Below are positions 1 through 13,344 of a stretch of 33,229 nt of DNA, one piece after another. Under the pieces are notes generated by a model. The model was not told where the DNA came from, did no database searches, and worked only from the letters and a program-made list of their open reading frames with translations. The position numbers and the translations under genes were made by a program. The DNA is from Dimargaris cristalligena (taxonomy: Eukaryota): the NCBI GenBank assembly GCA_003614675.1, contig ML002412.1, positions 1 through 33,229 of the forward strand, in the 5' to 3' direction. Positions within the stretch are counted from its first letter, which is position 1; each line of letters starts with the position of its first letter.

Positions 1-1359
1 GCTGCCAATATTCGGATTAGGCTCGATTGGGTAGTGATTGTCTTACATAGTTTTCGCCGAAATGGCGCTGACCCACGTTGTAAGCCTCCAAAATGGCCTC
101 TACAGGCTTGGTCTTACTAACAGCGACTAGACGGGCCTATGTGATGCCGATGGAATGCCCAACAAAGTAAAGATGATCAATAGAAAATAGGTCCGCGACG
201 AAGATTAAAATTGGGTTCGGAGGTTAATACCAAATATATGGTGGAGCGGCCTTAGCCCCCGCTGGTCTCAATACTGAGGGCAATATTCCCAGCGGGCTAG
301 GGAATGCCAGGGAGAGACTGTCAGGCAAGTGTGACCCATTTCAAAGTCCTAGGGAACCTACCGAGTCGGCGGTTCGGGTACGTTGGACGGTATCCAAAAC
401 GGACCGTAACTGCTGCTGAATATCGGGCATGGTGGAAAGTGGTTTGCGTTGGATGAAACAGGGAGTTTGTCGACAAGAATACTGGAGAAGGGGCCGAATA
501 AAGTACATGAGTTGGGTGGATTAGCCCAATACCTGGAATATGGAGTAGCTGGGTAGTAGGGAGAAGGAAGGCACGGGAGTGATTAGGTTGGGCGAGACTA
601 TTCTATTCTATTGGAAGGAATGTGGCCTAATTGTAGAGGGGCACTTACTGTACTACCTGGTAAACCCGACGCCATCCACTGGGAATTGTACCACTCCATC
701 TCTCGAGTTGACTGCGCCCACTAGACCCGTGTGTATGTCTCTAGGTCTTAGTCTTAGCTCCATGTCCCATCCCGAAATACATAGACCCATTAGTTTTCCA
801 GCGACCCACAAGGCAGTCGACTATTATGAATATCATCAGAGGAGCGGAGTACGTTTATTACTAGACAAACACCACCTACTGAAATCTAGTTAGATAGAGG
901 GGGGCGGAGCCCCTACAGCCCAGCGCAACACACCAATATGGGTAGAAATCCGGCAAAAGCCATTTCGAACTATAATTTAGAAGGAATGGGATACGCCTGG
1001 CTGGAGGGGGAGGATGAGCAAATAGAAAATGAGTAGGGGTCGGCGTTTAACCGGATAATAGCAGGAATTACAGTTTAAGAATGAGAAAAAGGGGAGCTGG
1101 GTTTGGGTTTAGAGAGCAGATTGGAGTTGTAACGTCCACCCCCCCCCCAATGATGTGGGGTAATACAAATCAAAGACTGTGGCGGTGGATAAGGTATCCT
1201 CTTCCCCTTAGATACATTTAAGGGGTGGGGTATAATAATGACGAGCAACAGAAACAGGAATGGAGAGAATGGAATGAGGGCGATACATCGGTTGGGGGCG
1301 GGGCATTGCGCAGCCGCGGGAGTCGGGCGAACGGAAATCACTACAAGTAATAAAGAAGA

Positions 1360-2878
<1,519 letters not shown>

Positions 2879-4510
2879 GGCCGAAGTGTGTGTGTATCTG
2901 CGTATGTGTGAGAGAGGGAGAAGGACTATGGAACAACCACAACAGAGAGTAGAATGTAAGAGAAGTATAACTGAGAGATGCCCGTTGAACGAAGCGATCG
3001 TTAGTAAAGGAAAGTAAAGTAGAGTAATGGCAATCTAGGAGATAATAGCGGCGGCTGGGAAACAAGAACGGAAACAACAATCAAGCAAAGGTAAAGGTCA
3101 AGTAAAGGAGGAGGAAGAGGAGGAGGAAGGCTTAGAAGGTCATATGGTTGTTGCATCTCTCCCCCACCTCACCCCACCCCCACAGCCCCGCCTCTCCTCC
3201 CAAACCAAGCCCCCTCTAATACTTTCTAGTATTATTAGCATAGTATTCGATACACATACATATATCCTTTTATTTCCATTGCTCTTTATCTAGTCTGCCC
3301 CGGAGGATAAATAAGACCTATTAGTCCACGCCAGTAATTCACTCTCTCAGCTAAGAAGAGAAACAGAGAGGGAAAGGGAGGAGGCGCCGCAAGGGTCCAC
3401 CACCGCCGCCCAGCATGACGCCAAGAGGGGGTTTACTCACTCTCTCTCTCTCTCTCTATTACTATACTGTGCCTCAGGCCGAGCTGCAGGTGGGCTGGGC
3501 ACGGGGTTTAAGAACCTATCACCACCCCATTCTTCCTATTAGCTGGAGAGTTACCAGAGGAGCCCCTCCCCCCTATTTCACCCGCCCAAGCCTCTGGTTT
3601 GGCTCATGTAACAACTAATTAACTAACTATAACTAGCCAACTACTGGTTGTAATTGAAAGGATGACCCTGTTGGAATACCATCAGGTCGCCTCCTCTGAT
3701 ATACCCCAAGTACTGTAGGCAGTCACCTCACGCCATTGGCGGCTCCTAATTCCGAGGCTCGGACTGGCGGGGAGGCCGTCTCGACCTGTCGAACCCTTAC
3801 GCCGACTTCATCATCGTCGATCACTTCCCTAATGGAAGAGGCTAATCATTAGAGACCCCCGCAATGCTTTCCCAGTTATTATTGATTATATTACTCAATA
3901 CAGGCGGGTCTCATGACATGACACGATCCGCCCAGGGCTTATTATCCCCCATTCGTACTAGTATTTCGTCCATTTAAACCGCTGTCCATAAAAAATATAG
4001 TCCAACGCAGCTTATTAGTATGGCACGCATACATAATATATCTTCTAGTAGCGCTGCCATTTGACAAAGCACGCTGCACTGGTGATGACGGGGGGGGGGG
4101 GCTCCCCGCCCACGCACCATTCATTACGCCCAGTCATTATTGCGTTTCCACCTGGTTGCCTGCTCCACGCTTCTGCCGAATTCCTGGCCATGGTTTGGCT
4201 ATTTCCCCCCTGTCTATTACCAAATCAGGGCCATGGTCGATCCTCGTAGACAGTACGTCGTATGCCGGATGTGTAGTGCGGCAATAGAGGCCACGGCTAT
4301 GGGGCTCTAATTAACGAAGCCGCTATTTATTACATTAGTAGTAGGAGTAGTGGTAGGTAAAGTCATGAAATATAATCGAGCGACCGGCTCGTTGGCTTGG
4401 GTAGGTTAAGGGCGGGGCTATAGAATAAATGGGGCAACCCTACTTTCAACTCTCTTACTAGACCATCCTTTCATCTGCCCTTTAATTTTCTCTTCCCCAC
4501 TCGCTTAACC

Positions 4511-5318
4511 ATGATCCTTTCTCTGTACATCATCAACAAGGCAGGAGGCCTAGTATACCAGCGCGATTTCAACGAAGGACTCCAGCGCCTGTCGAGTAAC
4601 GATTACCTCATTCTGGCCGGCACCTTCCACAGGTAAGCGACCCTTGTCTCTGTCCCCAAGTGCCTTTAACCACCTTTCTATACTTCTCTTGAGTCAACCA
4701 GGGGGCCCCCGTCACTCACCACTTGCCCAGCGCTGCACTACACCCCCCTTCCTACCTACCCGCCAGCATCCACGCCATCACCTCGCGTATATCCCCGACC
4801 GGCAACTCCGACGGCCTGGACCTGCTCGAGGCCGATGGCTTTAAACTCCATTGCTTCCAAACTGTAACTGGTAAGTTTGACCACCCCTACCCCTTTGACA
4901 ACCAATGTCTTTATAATATATATATATATATTGAATAGGGCATTATCCGATAATACGGCGCCAGTCCCTGCGACCTGGCCCGTCGTCGCAGCTTCATAAA
5001 CTAGCCGAGCCCTCGACCACCATGAATCAGTTAATACGACCCGTAGCATAGTCCCATTTTTTAGCCTGTATCTAATCCACCCCACCCCGTGCCCCCTACT
5101 TACCCTACATACACGGCCCCCTCCGCCTTCGCCAACCAGGTACCAAATTCCTACTGGTGACAGACCCCTCCCACCACAGCGTTGACGGTATCCTCCGCAA
5201 GATTTATAATCTGTATAGCGACTACGTCATGAAAAATCCGTTTTATACCCCCGAAATGCCTATTCGTGTAGAGCTCTTTGATCAGAACCTTATTCGGGCT
5301 GTCCATACAGCATTGTAA
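4511..5318 (+). CDS. TRS23: TRAPP complex core subunit Trs23/TRAPPC4 (sybindin-like longin), 3 exons, 134 aa
   Basis: Exons 4511-4632, 4767-4870, 5140-5318 (405 nt). Translation: [20 protein letters not shown]...[23 protein letters not shown]...[19 protein letters not shown]...[27 protein letters not shown], which carries the Trs23 signature motifs. Confidence 0.93.
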
Positions 5319-5537
5319 AATAAATATAACTATCACCACGATATCTACCACTATTTCCAAACCGTCCGGTAATTTCTACACTTGGGAGATGGCCATGTAC
5401 TTTTATCACCCATAGAATTGGGGTATTATTCACGTCCTTTTATTGCCATAATTACGTCTTTCTGCCCTCAACAGTTTCAACACGGATTCTCGCTGGCGCG
5501 CTGAATTAATACACCGGGCTGTGAGGATTCCAGCCAC

Positions 5538-7319
5538 CTAAAGGCTTTGTAATGGGTCGGCCTTAAGGTCTACACCCACCTGTTCGTCGGTTTCGATGCC
5601 GAGCTCTTCCTACATATATGTATGGCATCACCGGTATTCAATTAGAAAAGTAAGTGTACGGGTATTATGGTGAGGCTCTTTGGGCTGTAGGGTGGATACA
5701 ACTATGATATAGTAAACAATGACCATGGTCACCTCTACACCTGGCTTACCATAAAGTCCTTTCGGTTACCGGGCATATGCTCTGTGATGGCATCGAAAAT
5801 GTCTTTAAACTATGAGGAATATAGTGCAATATAAATAGTGAGGAAGTCTTGTATTTTAAAAAACAAGGTAGAGTTCAATTATCTCAAAAATGAAGGCGGC
5901 CAAGCGCCGGGAACCAGGTCAAGATCCACCAGGGCCATGTCACAAGCTGTCAAATAAGAACGCCATGTTCGAAAAAACAGACCTAAGTTTCCTCTGTTCT
6001 AGAAGCCACGGCCAATTCCGCCCCGACTTACCATGGTTTTACGCCTTTTCCAATGCTTTCGATTATCATCATAGGCTCGGTCGATTCGTTTCTTGTCATC
6101 TTCGGACATTACATTTTCCCCGGAGCGAAGAACGGCTAGGCGTTCCTCAAAGCCAGAATTCTGTATTTCCGCATTGGCAAATGGAAGAGTAGAAAAACAT
6201 CATACACCAAAGAAAGACGGGCAGTTAAATATAAATTCACCGTGGCTGTGGAATCCCGAACACTCAGTTTGTGCAATGGTCCCTTCCTGTAAGGCAAAAA
6301 CGGGTATTGGTGGGGCCAGCGTGTTGCCCCCAGAGAGCATGTCGATAGCAGAAATACCAAAAAAAAACCCCCGAGGTATACTCACTTCTTCCATAAGCGT
6401 AGCAGTCCGAGCCTGTATCTGTTCGTTGGTGAGGGAGCTATTAAGGCCTTGGTAAGTGGTGTTAAGTTGTTTGTTATCCTCCCGCTGCTCAATTATTTGG
6501 GCCTTTAGTTCCTCAATACGCTGGTCCATTTCCGCGAGTTCATCTGGAGATGGTGCCTCTTGGTCATCCTGAAATAGTCAGGATACGAATGTATTTAAAA
6601 GGGCGTGGTTAGATCATTGAAAAATTTCGACAAGTAGGCGGTAGCTATAGCATCGGGCTCCATGAGCGATAAAGGGCACCCATTCCAGCCAATCTGGTCA
6701 ATTCGGGTTCAAATGTGCCGGATACTTACTTGTCGGGCCACGTAGACCACCTGCTTGCCATAGGTTTTGCCATGAATTTCACTGCGCTCTTGCAGTTGTG
6801 TAAGCAGTTTCTGGATAGCCCCTTTCGTTAAGGCGCCATGCAAATTGTGGGTAATGTCAGCTAGATGGATGGGGTACAATATGCGCATTCCAAAGTGTAT
6901 TCATTTAGTGACATTAACCTCTAGGCTATCGAAAAGCAGTCAGCAATTGGCAGCTGGGTTTGAAACATGAAAGCATAAAGTTAGGGCTTACTGGCGCTGT
7001 ATGGTCGGTTTGTTTTCCGGAGGTAGTCTAATACAATCTGTTCGCCTGAATACAAGGAAGGATATAGTAAGTCCGGCGATTGTTGAACGATAATAAAGGT
7101 TAATGAAGGGGTGTGGAAAAACATTGCTCAGGAGGCCTGGTATATACGCTATCAGTCACCGGATGGTTGCAGGGGATTAATGGGGGCCCTATTTGAGTTC
7201 GCCCGGAGCCGAGTCTCCCTTTTAATTCCAGCGGAAGCCATTTCTCGGTCAGCGCGTCTAGCCTGGAATGCTGGGCACCTACCCTCGGTTGCCTTGGGCT
7301 GCTTCTTGGCTGGAGCCAT
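5538..7319 (-). CDS. HOP2: Homologous-pairing protein Hop2 (TBPIP/PSMC3IP family), 7 exons, 221 aa
   Basis: Exons 7319-7283, 7045-6992, 6860-6730, 6568-6386, 6160-6032, 5809-5750, 5609-5538 (666 nt). Winged helix EQIVLDYLRKTNRPYSATDITHNLH...KTYGKQVVYVARQ, then coiled coil, then WKRRKTMFKDIFDAITE...EELGIETDE. Confidence 0.92.
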
Positions 7320-8182
7320 CGTGGTTGAGGGGAATGGAGCTTGGAGCTTTGGAATGAACTTATAGGGGGGAAATGCAAACTAATGCTAGGTTTGACGAGA
7401 AAAAGGGAATGGAGCAAAGTGAAGTGAAATATGCTAAGCCAGCGGAATCGTGGAGTACGACACCTTGCTAGTTTGGTGTTCGCTTGCCCTCATGCATAGA
7501 AGCAGTCTAATGGGCTACTCTTTCTAACGACTGCGGCATGATAATAGTGGTATGCCCTGGCTCTCATTAATGTGAAAGTGTAGGTCCTTCTCTCCTGTAA
7601 GCCTAATACACACTACCTATTATGCCGATTCCTCCTAATCATTAGCTACTAAGTATAGCCCCATTCTTTTGATCACGTGGCCTTAGATTGGGCTTAAAGG
7701 CAGAGAGAGTCGAACTCAGGTGTTCCGCCAACACCGTCCAAAAGCCCTTGGATAACTGTGCATTTCAATTGCCCAGCGATATTCAAAGCAGCCAAATTCA
7801 CGCCACAGCTAGTTTATATTAACCGTTAAATATTCTTTATTGTCCAGTGAACTAACATCGCCATATATTATTAGTCCGGTCTAGGCTTAAAAATGGCTCT
7901 ACTTATCCACTAGTTTGCTTAATTATGCTAAATCGTTAGTAAATGGTAACGCCATAAATAATGCCAAAATACGCCCAGCGCTGCCGGTGGGGATAATTTC
8001 AATTAAACGTATACTGTAGTAAATTCGGGTACGATAGGATGTATATTTTTTCAACTGGCGGATAGAGGGTAGTCGGATGTAGCATTGGAGACGCCCATCA
8101 GCTAGTTGGTTAGTGAGCGACAAGGGATGCACGTTGAATCGCTGTGGCTGTTTTGGTGAGAGGCCATGTCCTTCGAGAGCGG

Positions 8183-9050
8183 TTAGCACTGGCTTCGACC
8201 GGAATACTCTAGCCAGCTGCCTTTGTAATTACGCGCACTGGAAGGGAATATAATTATTGAAAAGGGAATTTTGCCGAATGTGGCCAATGTTGTACACAGA
8301 CGCTAGTTAGTTATGCAAATAAAAGTAACATCCCAACACCCCTCGCTCCGCCACGAGTGCAAAAGGCCTCACACTAACTGGCCGGGGGAAGCCCTGATAT
8401 CACTGGGCACAGTACAGTCCGCTACCCTTCCATTCTCCACCATGTTAATCATAACGACGCCACGCGGCCGCTTCCAATTACCTCTTGAAGCCCAGGCGCT
8501 GGGCTATATCCATAGCGGTTCCCGCCCGTACCCCCGATCGACAGTAAAATACCAAATGGTCTTCAGGTTGCGGTTTGCTAAAGCCGTAGGTGGCCTGGAA
8601 CTGCTGGGGGGACAGTTGGAGGGCCTGCTCAACGTGGCCCAGGGGAATGGCCTGGCTAGTCGGGATAAGTCCCGTGGCGCTAATTTCGGCCGGTTCGCGA
8701 ACGTCAATAACGAGGGTCTTGGGGGCGTCCCGTTGGGCGGCCTGGGCCTGGCGGGTTTTGATGTCCTGAATGATGGTTTGAAGCTCCTCGAATGTGACGA
8801 TAGGCGACACATCCCATTCGCCGGCCGGCTCGTGGGCGTCTTTCGGGGAAGGTGGAGTAAAGCCCACCCTGGTTGGAACGGAAATGTGGAGGAAACACCG
8901 GCTCGATTGAGCCAATTGAACCCGACGGGTCTGCAAATTAGGCAAGGCAAAGGGGCCCTGGAGGCGAGGCAGGGTCGTGGGAATGGGGGTTGGGGTGACG
9001 CGAGTCAAGCGCCAAGTACGCGCCAATGCGGTTTTAAGAGTGAATGCCAT
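8183..9050 (-). CDS. Single-domain rhodanese/thiosulfate sulfurtransferase (Rdl/TSTD-like) with probable mitochondrial presequence, 2 exons, 207 aa
   Basis: Exons 9050-8482 and 8237-8183 (624 nt). Motifs: VIDVREPAE, active-site loop FYCRSGVRA, and ARNYKGSWLEY completed by exon 2. The N-terminus MAFTLKTALARTWRLTRV is Arg/Thr-rich with no acidic residues. Confidence 0.9.
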
Positions 9051-9898
9051 AGCCAATCGTTTATGCAATAAAAGCAGCTAAAGATAAAAGGGGCTCGATG
9101 GAATACAAAAGTGAAAAGGGAGTTCAAGTATATAGCAGTAACTGGAGTAAAAAAGAGTTGGCCATAGAGATATAGTCCAGGGAGAGAGAGATTATATATA
9201 TAAATACATAGATTGAGGTATGTGCATGTGTGGGGGGGTATCAGCTGAAGTAAAAGGCGGGAAGGGGACTCGGCGGTATCCAATGAACAAGTGTATTTTT
9301 ACTCTCTCCCCTGAAACAAGGAGGGCTGTTTGGTGGAGTATAGGGCAGGGCCAAATCGCTGGAGTACATAATCGAGCGACACACAGCCATGAGACAGGGA
9401 AGCCGTTTCCGAAACTAATCGAGCGTCAAAGACGGCCCTATAAAAAGGCAGCCAATACAGTAGCCAAAATGATTTTTGGAACATCGGATTAAAATGATAA
9501 ACCGTGCCGATGGGATCGGCCTCGCTGTGCCAGCGAATCCTCCTTTCTGGCAGATTGATCAATGTCAATGACCTGCCCCCAAGTCATGAGGTGCGAGCTG
9601 TGTAATTCCTAAACGACACTCTATGGCTTGGGCAATCTCGGCTAGATATCAGCTTATCAGGGAGTAAAAGGGAGGCCAGTGCTGGCAGCCTCATCAGTCC
9701 CTGCCGGGTTAATTAGATGCAGTGATTTGATTAACGAAGATATATGGACGATAGCATCGCAATTAAGCCGGCAGTCTTTACAATCGGCCTATTTTGGCCC
9801 ATGCATACCATATATATCAGATTATTTATTGTACTATATAGAAAGGTGGGGGTGCTAAATGAGTGACGGCTTCGGTCTCATTTTATAAAAATTACAAG

Positions 9899-12800
9899 CT
9901 AAGTCCAAAAGCAAACAAGCTGGTCTTTCTCGGCACTAAAAAAGTGTTGACCACTGGAATCCCAAAATACGGCGCAAACGGAAGATCTGGGTAGGTATTG
10001 AATGGGTAGGAGATGGATTGAAATATATATGATTAGGTCAAGGAACCGGGTCTTTTGATACAAACCTAGACAATGGACCATTAGGTATACGAATACTCCT
10101 AGATTGAACTACGGGGGGTAAACACCGACACAGTCCTTCGGTTCGGGACCAAGAGTTGGGTGGACCCAATTAGACACCTAGGTACTTACGTGTGTTCTTT
10201 CATTTTAGACTGCACCTCAGCAGTAAGGGCGTCCCAGATGTAAATGGATCCGTCTGCAGGGGAGAACATTCACAAATAATAGGGCGCAGTTAAATTAGAT
10301 AGGTTAGAGTAAGTTATCGGCCATTTAGTCGACTAGACTAGGATGCCTGTCGACCAGTTTTTCCCAACCACCAAAATAAATCGATAGTAACGAATCGTCT
10401 AGCCAGCGCTTCGATTCTAAGTAGTAGATTCCGGAAATGCTGCGCAGTATAACTTACCCGCCGAGCCCGCTGCGATGAATCGTCCGTCGGGGCTAAACGA
10501 CGACCGGGCCCAATTGGACCCAGGCCGGTATCCCTCCGCGCTAGATTGGGGTGGGATAGAACAACAAGACCAACCAGCCCATGAAAGAAAGACAAATGAG
10601 ACCAAGGCATGGATAGAGAGATACAAGTACAAAATGGTTCGTGAAATGACGGCGATGCCCTTCTCGACAAAACCAGATAGGTGGCAGGACGGCCCGCAAT
10701 CAAAATGTGGACAGGAAGCAATCGCAAAGTTCGGTAATACGATATATATACGGACGCTTACCTAAAGGTATTAACGAGCTCAAATGATACCATGTCAATC
10801 AGTTTAAGGGTACCGTCCTTGGAGTTGGTCAGCAGGACTCGGGAATCTAATTAAAAGGGAGCCAAGGGAGAATGGTATTCGAGTTAGGAGCTCCTCATAT
10901 CATAGGACTTCAAGACACTACAGCTGACCAGGTAGCTCACCGGTCGCACTTGATCATTAGTCAAAATGGAACCTACCTGGGGAGATGGAGAGGGATGTGA
11001 TGGGGGCCTCGTGAATTCTGTTGATTTCCCGAATGCAATTCCCTGTTCGCATGTCCCACATACGCAGGACGTTATCAACGTGCCCGCTGAAAATCGTGGT
11101 GCCCTCCGGGTCCATGAGGCATAAGTCGTTGCAGCTGGAAACCGAAAATATAGTCTTGGAACCTAATAATCGTAACCATTTGATCATGAAGGGATGTAGT
11201 CTCACTAAGGTTAGGAACAGTTGGAAGAAGTACTTGGGAGGTATAACCCACCCAGTCAGCCGGAGCCCAAGTCATCTAGCCAACTCGCTTAGGGCCATCC
11301 ATGCCGCGAAAAGGACTCGCACGTCCATTTTAGAACATTAAAAGCGGGTACTTACAGTAGCCCCGATAGAGATCCCAGGATTTTATGGTGCGATCGTGGC
11401 TCACTGAGATAATTTTCCGGGAGTGGCTATCGAATTTGGCCGAAACGACTTTGCCGATATGGCCGGTCAAGGTATGCTGTATCCGACCGGTATCGAGGGA
11501 CCAGACCCGAATGGCATTGTCACTGGAGGTGGCCAGAATATGATCCCCGACGGGGTTAAACCATACATGCAGCACGGACTGCAAACACCCGCTTAAGGTA
11601 TAGCGCAGGTTCCCGGTCTTGCTATCGAATATCTTGACCCGCCGGTCCTGCCCCCCGGTCGCCACCAGGGTACCGTCCGGCGAAACGTGGAGGGCCTGGA
11701 CTTCCCCGCCATGGATGTTCTCCAGTTCTTTGTAAACCGTGGTGGGAATACAGCTCAGCTCACGGCTGGCGTTGCTGGCACGTCGATTGAGCCCGAAATA
11801 GTTCTCATCACCGAGACACTCGTTAATTTGGTCCATCGAGGCTGCGACTTTGCGGGCTTCGGACTGTTGGTTGGAAGCATTCATTTGATCGGCCTCCTCG
11901 TTCATTTTGCGAAGCCACCGATCCACCAGCTGACTATTCTCCTGCTCCACTTTCTTTAGTTTTTCCTCTTTAGTGACCAGCTCCAGTTGGAGTGCGGTCA
12001 TTTCATCTTGTAAGATCTAAGCGGGAGGAGAAGGGGGTGTTCGATCGTTGGTATAATTTTTTTGTTAAAAACATGGCAGATACACTGGAACACTAGTGGG
12101 AGTAATGATATAGGGGTATTGGGCCAGTGAGTCGATGGGTGTAATGCGCAGCCACCCCACCGTAGAGTTGGGGGGGGAGGGATAAACACCGCTCAAAATC
12201 GCCGGGGCGGTTTTGACACGGTCTAAGGTTGACTGATAATCTGTTGGCCGGAAATCTAACGAGACCTGGTCCCTCTTAAGTATCGAATCCATTAACCAGG
12301 GATTAGAGCACCGCTACTTACCTGGATGGTTCCATCCTTTTCCCGGAGGACGTAGAAATAGTCATCGAGGGACTGCTGCATTTTGCTCGCCTGCGCACCG
12401 GAGGCTTTGGCCCTGAGGATTGGCATGGTCAATAACAATAGCCAATTGGTGGTGAATGGAAGACCAGTGTGGATGGCTCGCAGGGTGTTCATCCCGGTTA
12501 GTTGGGATCCAATACCGTAACAGTCCCGAATTAGTGCATAACTTACTCGGCTTCTAGTTTTCGGATGGTCTCCTCTTGCTTTCGGACATCGTCGGTAAGC
12601 TCCAGTAGTCGCTGGGTGTGCTGACCCTGGGACTTGTAGAGGTCGCTGCGCTCGTCTTTAAGCGTGGATATTTGCCACTCTAGATCCGCGATGCGCTGTT
12701 GGGATTGTAGAAAACTGCCCAGGGGCAAAGCAAGGTATACCGAAGTAAAAGACATGCAGTTAGTTAATTTGCCCATAGTCGGACGGATAGATTGCTACCA

Positions 12801-13344
12801 CCATGTGGCTGCAAACAGTTCAACCCTACCAAGACCCATGCGTGTTATAAGGTCCATGGTACTACAGGCCCACCTCTCTTGGTTATTTCCGGGCTGCTCG
12901 ATGGCCGTTTTGATTTTGGTATGCTCGACCTTGAGTCGTTCGGTATCCCGTTGGAGCTCCTCGAAGTCTCGGTTGACAACATTACTTTGGAGTAGGACGG
13001 CCCGGTCTAGTAAGGGAACCAAATGGTCGACAGTAGACAAGGGAGACGGGCTTGGTTAGTTTGGGAGAGCAATAAGAGCTCCAGGAAGAGAGGCCTGGCT
13101 AAGCGGACTGGAGGCAGCGTTCCCAAGCGCTTTGGGGTCTCCAGACCAGGGGACCTGCTGTGGAGTGGTGGCCTTTCCCCCTTCGGTCGACCGTGGGTGC
13201 AGGGGAGGGGGTTGAGAGACGGGCGCTTGAGTGTGATAACCTACAGTTGTCTATAAACGACTTGAAGCTATTGGCGTGGTCGTTGCGGGCGGTCAGGTCA
13301 GCCTCGATGGCACATTGCCAGTCGGGCATTAGGTCGAGGGCCAT
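9899..13344 (-). CDS. ATG16: Autophagy protein ATG16 of the ATG16L1 type (ATG5-binding helix + coiled coil + C-terminal WD40 propeller), 10 exons, 552 aa
   Basis: Exons 13344-13245, 13006-12874, 12714-12547, 12412-12322, 12016-11356, 11162-10977, 10846-10762, 10540-10458, 10253-10190, 9986-9899 (1659 nt). N-terminal WQCAIEADLTAR fits W-x3-I-x3-L-x2-R. Coiled coil ILQDEMTALQLEL...ENSQLVDRWLRKMNEEADQMN. WD repeats include HTLTGHIGKV, SHDRTIKSWD, SSCND, FSPDGRFIAAGSADGSIYIWD. The start could instead be the ATG at 13329. Confidence 0.92.

Noticed and set aside
579-893. 104-aa ORF and other short intergenic ORFs (3415-4249, 18621-19151, 31355-32629)
   Set aside because: No recognisable motifs, many have non-ATG starts, and I could not build a consistent exon chain.
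3262-3271. ATATCCTTTT, a perfect U12-type AT-AC donor
   Set aside because: It is intergenic, with no matching TCCTTAAC branch point plus AC acceptor. All introns I defined have U2-type GT donors.
8313-9071. 252-aa + strand ORF, and similar long antisense ORFs at 22052-22792, 25201-25773, 28399-28782, 29171-29556, 32716-33132
   Set aside because: They are antisense shadows of recognisable GC-rich coding exons and have no motifs of their own.
9690-9697. CTGATGAG on the minus strand, a hammerhead ribozyme core
   Set aside because: There is no GAAA after the adjacent stem and no stem III/UH cleavage site.
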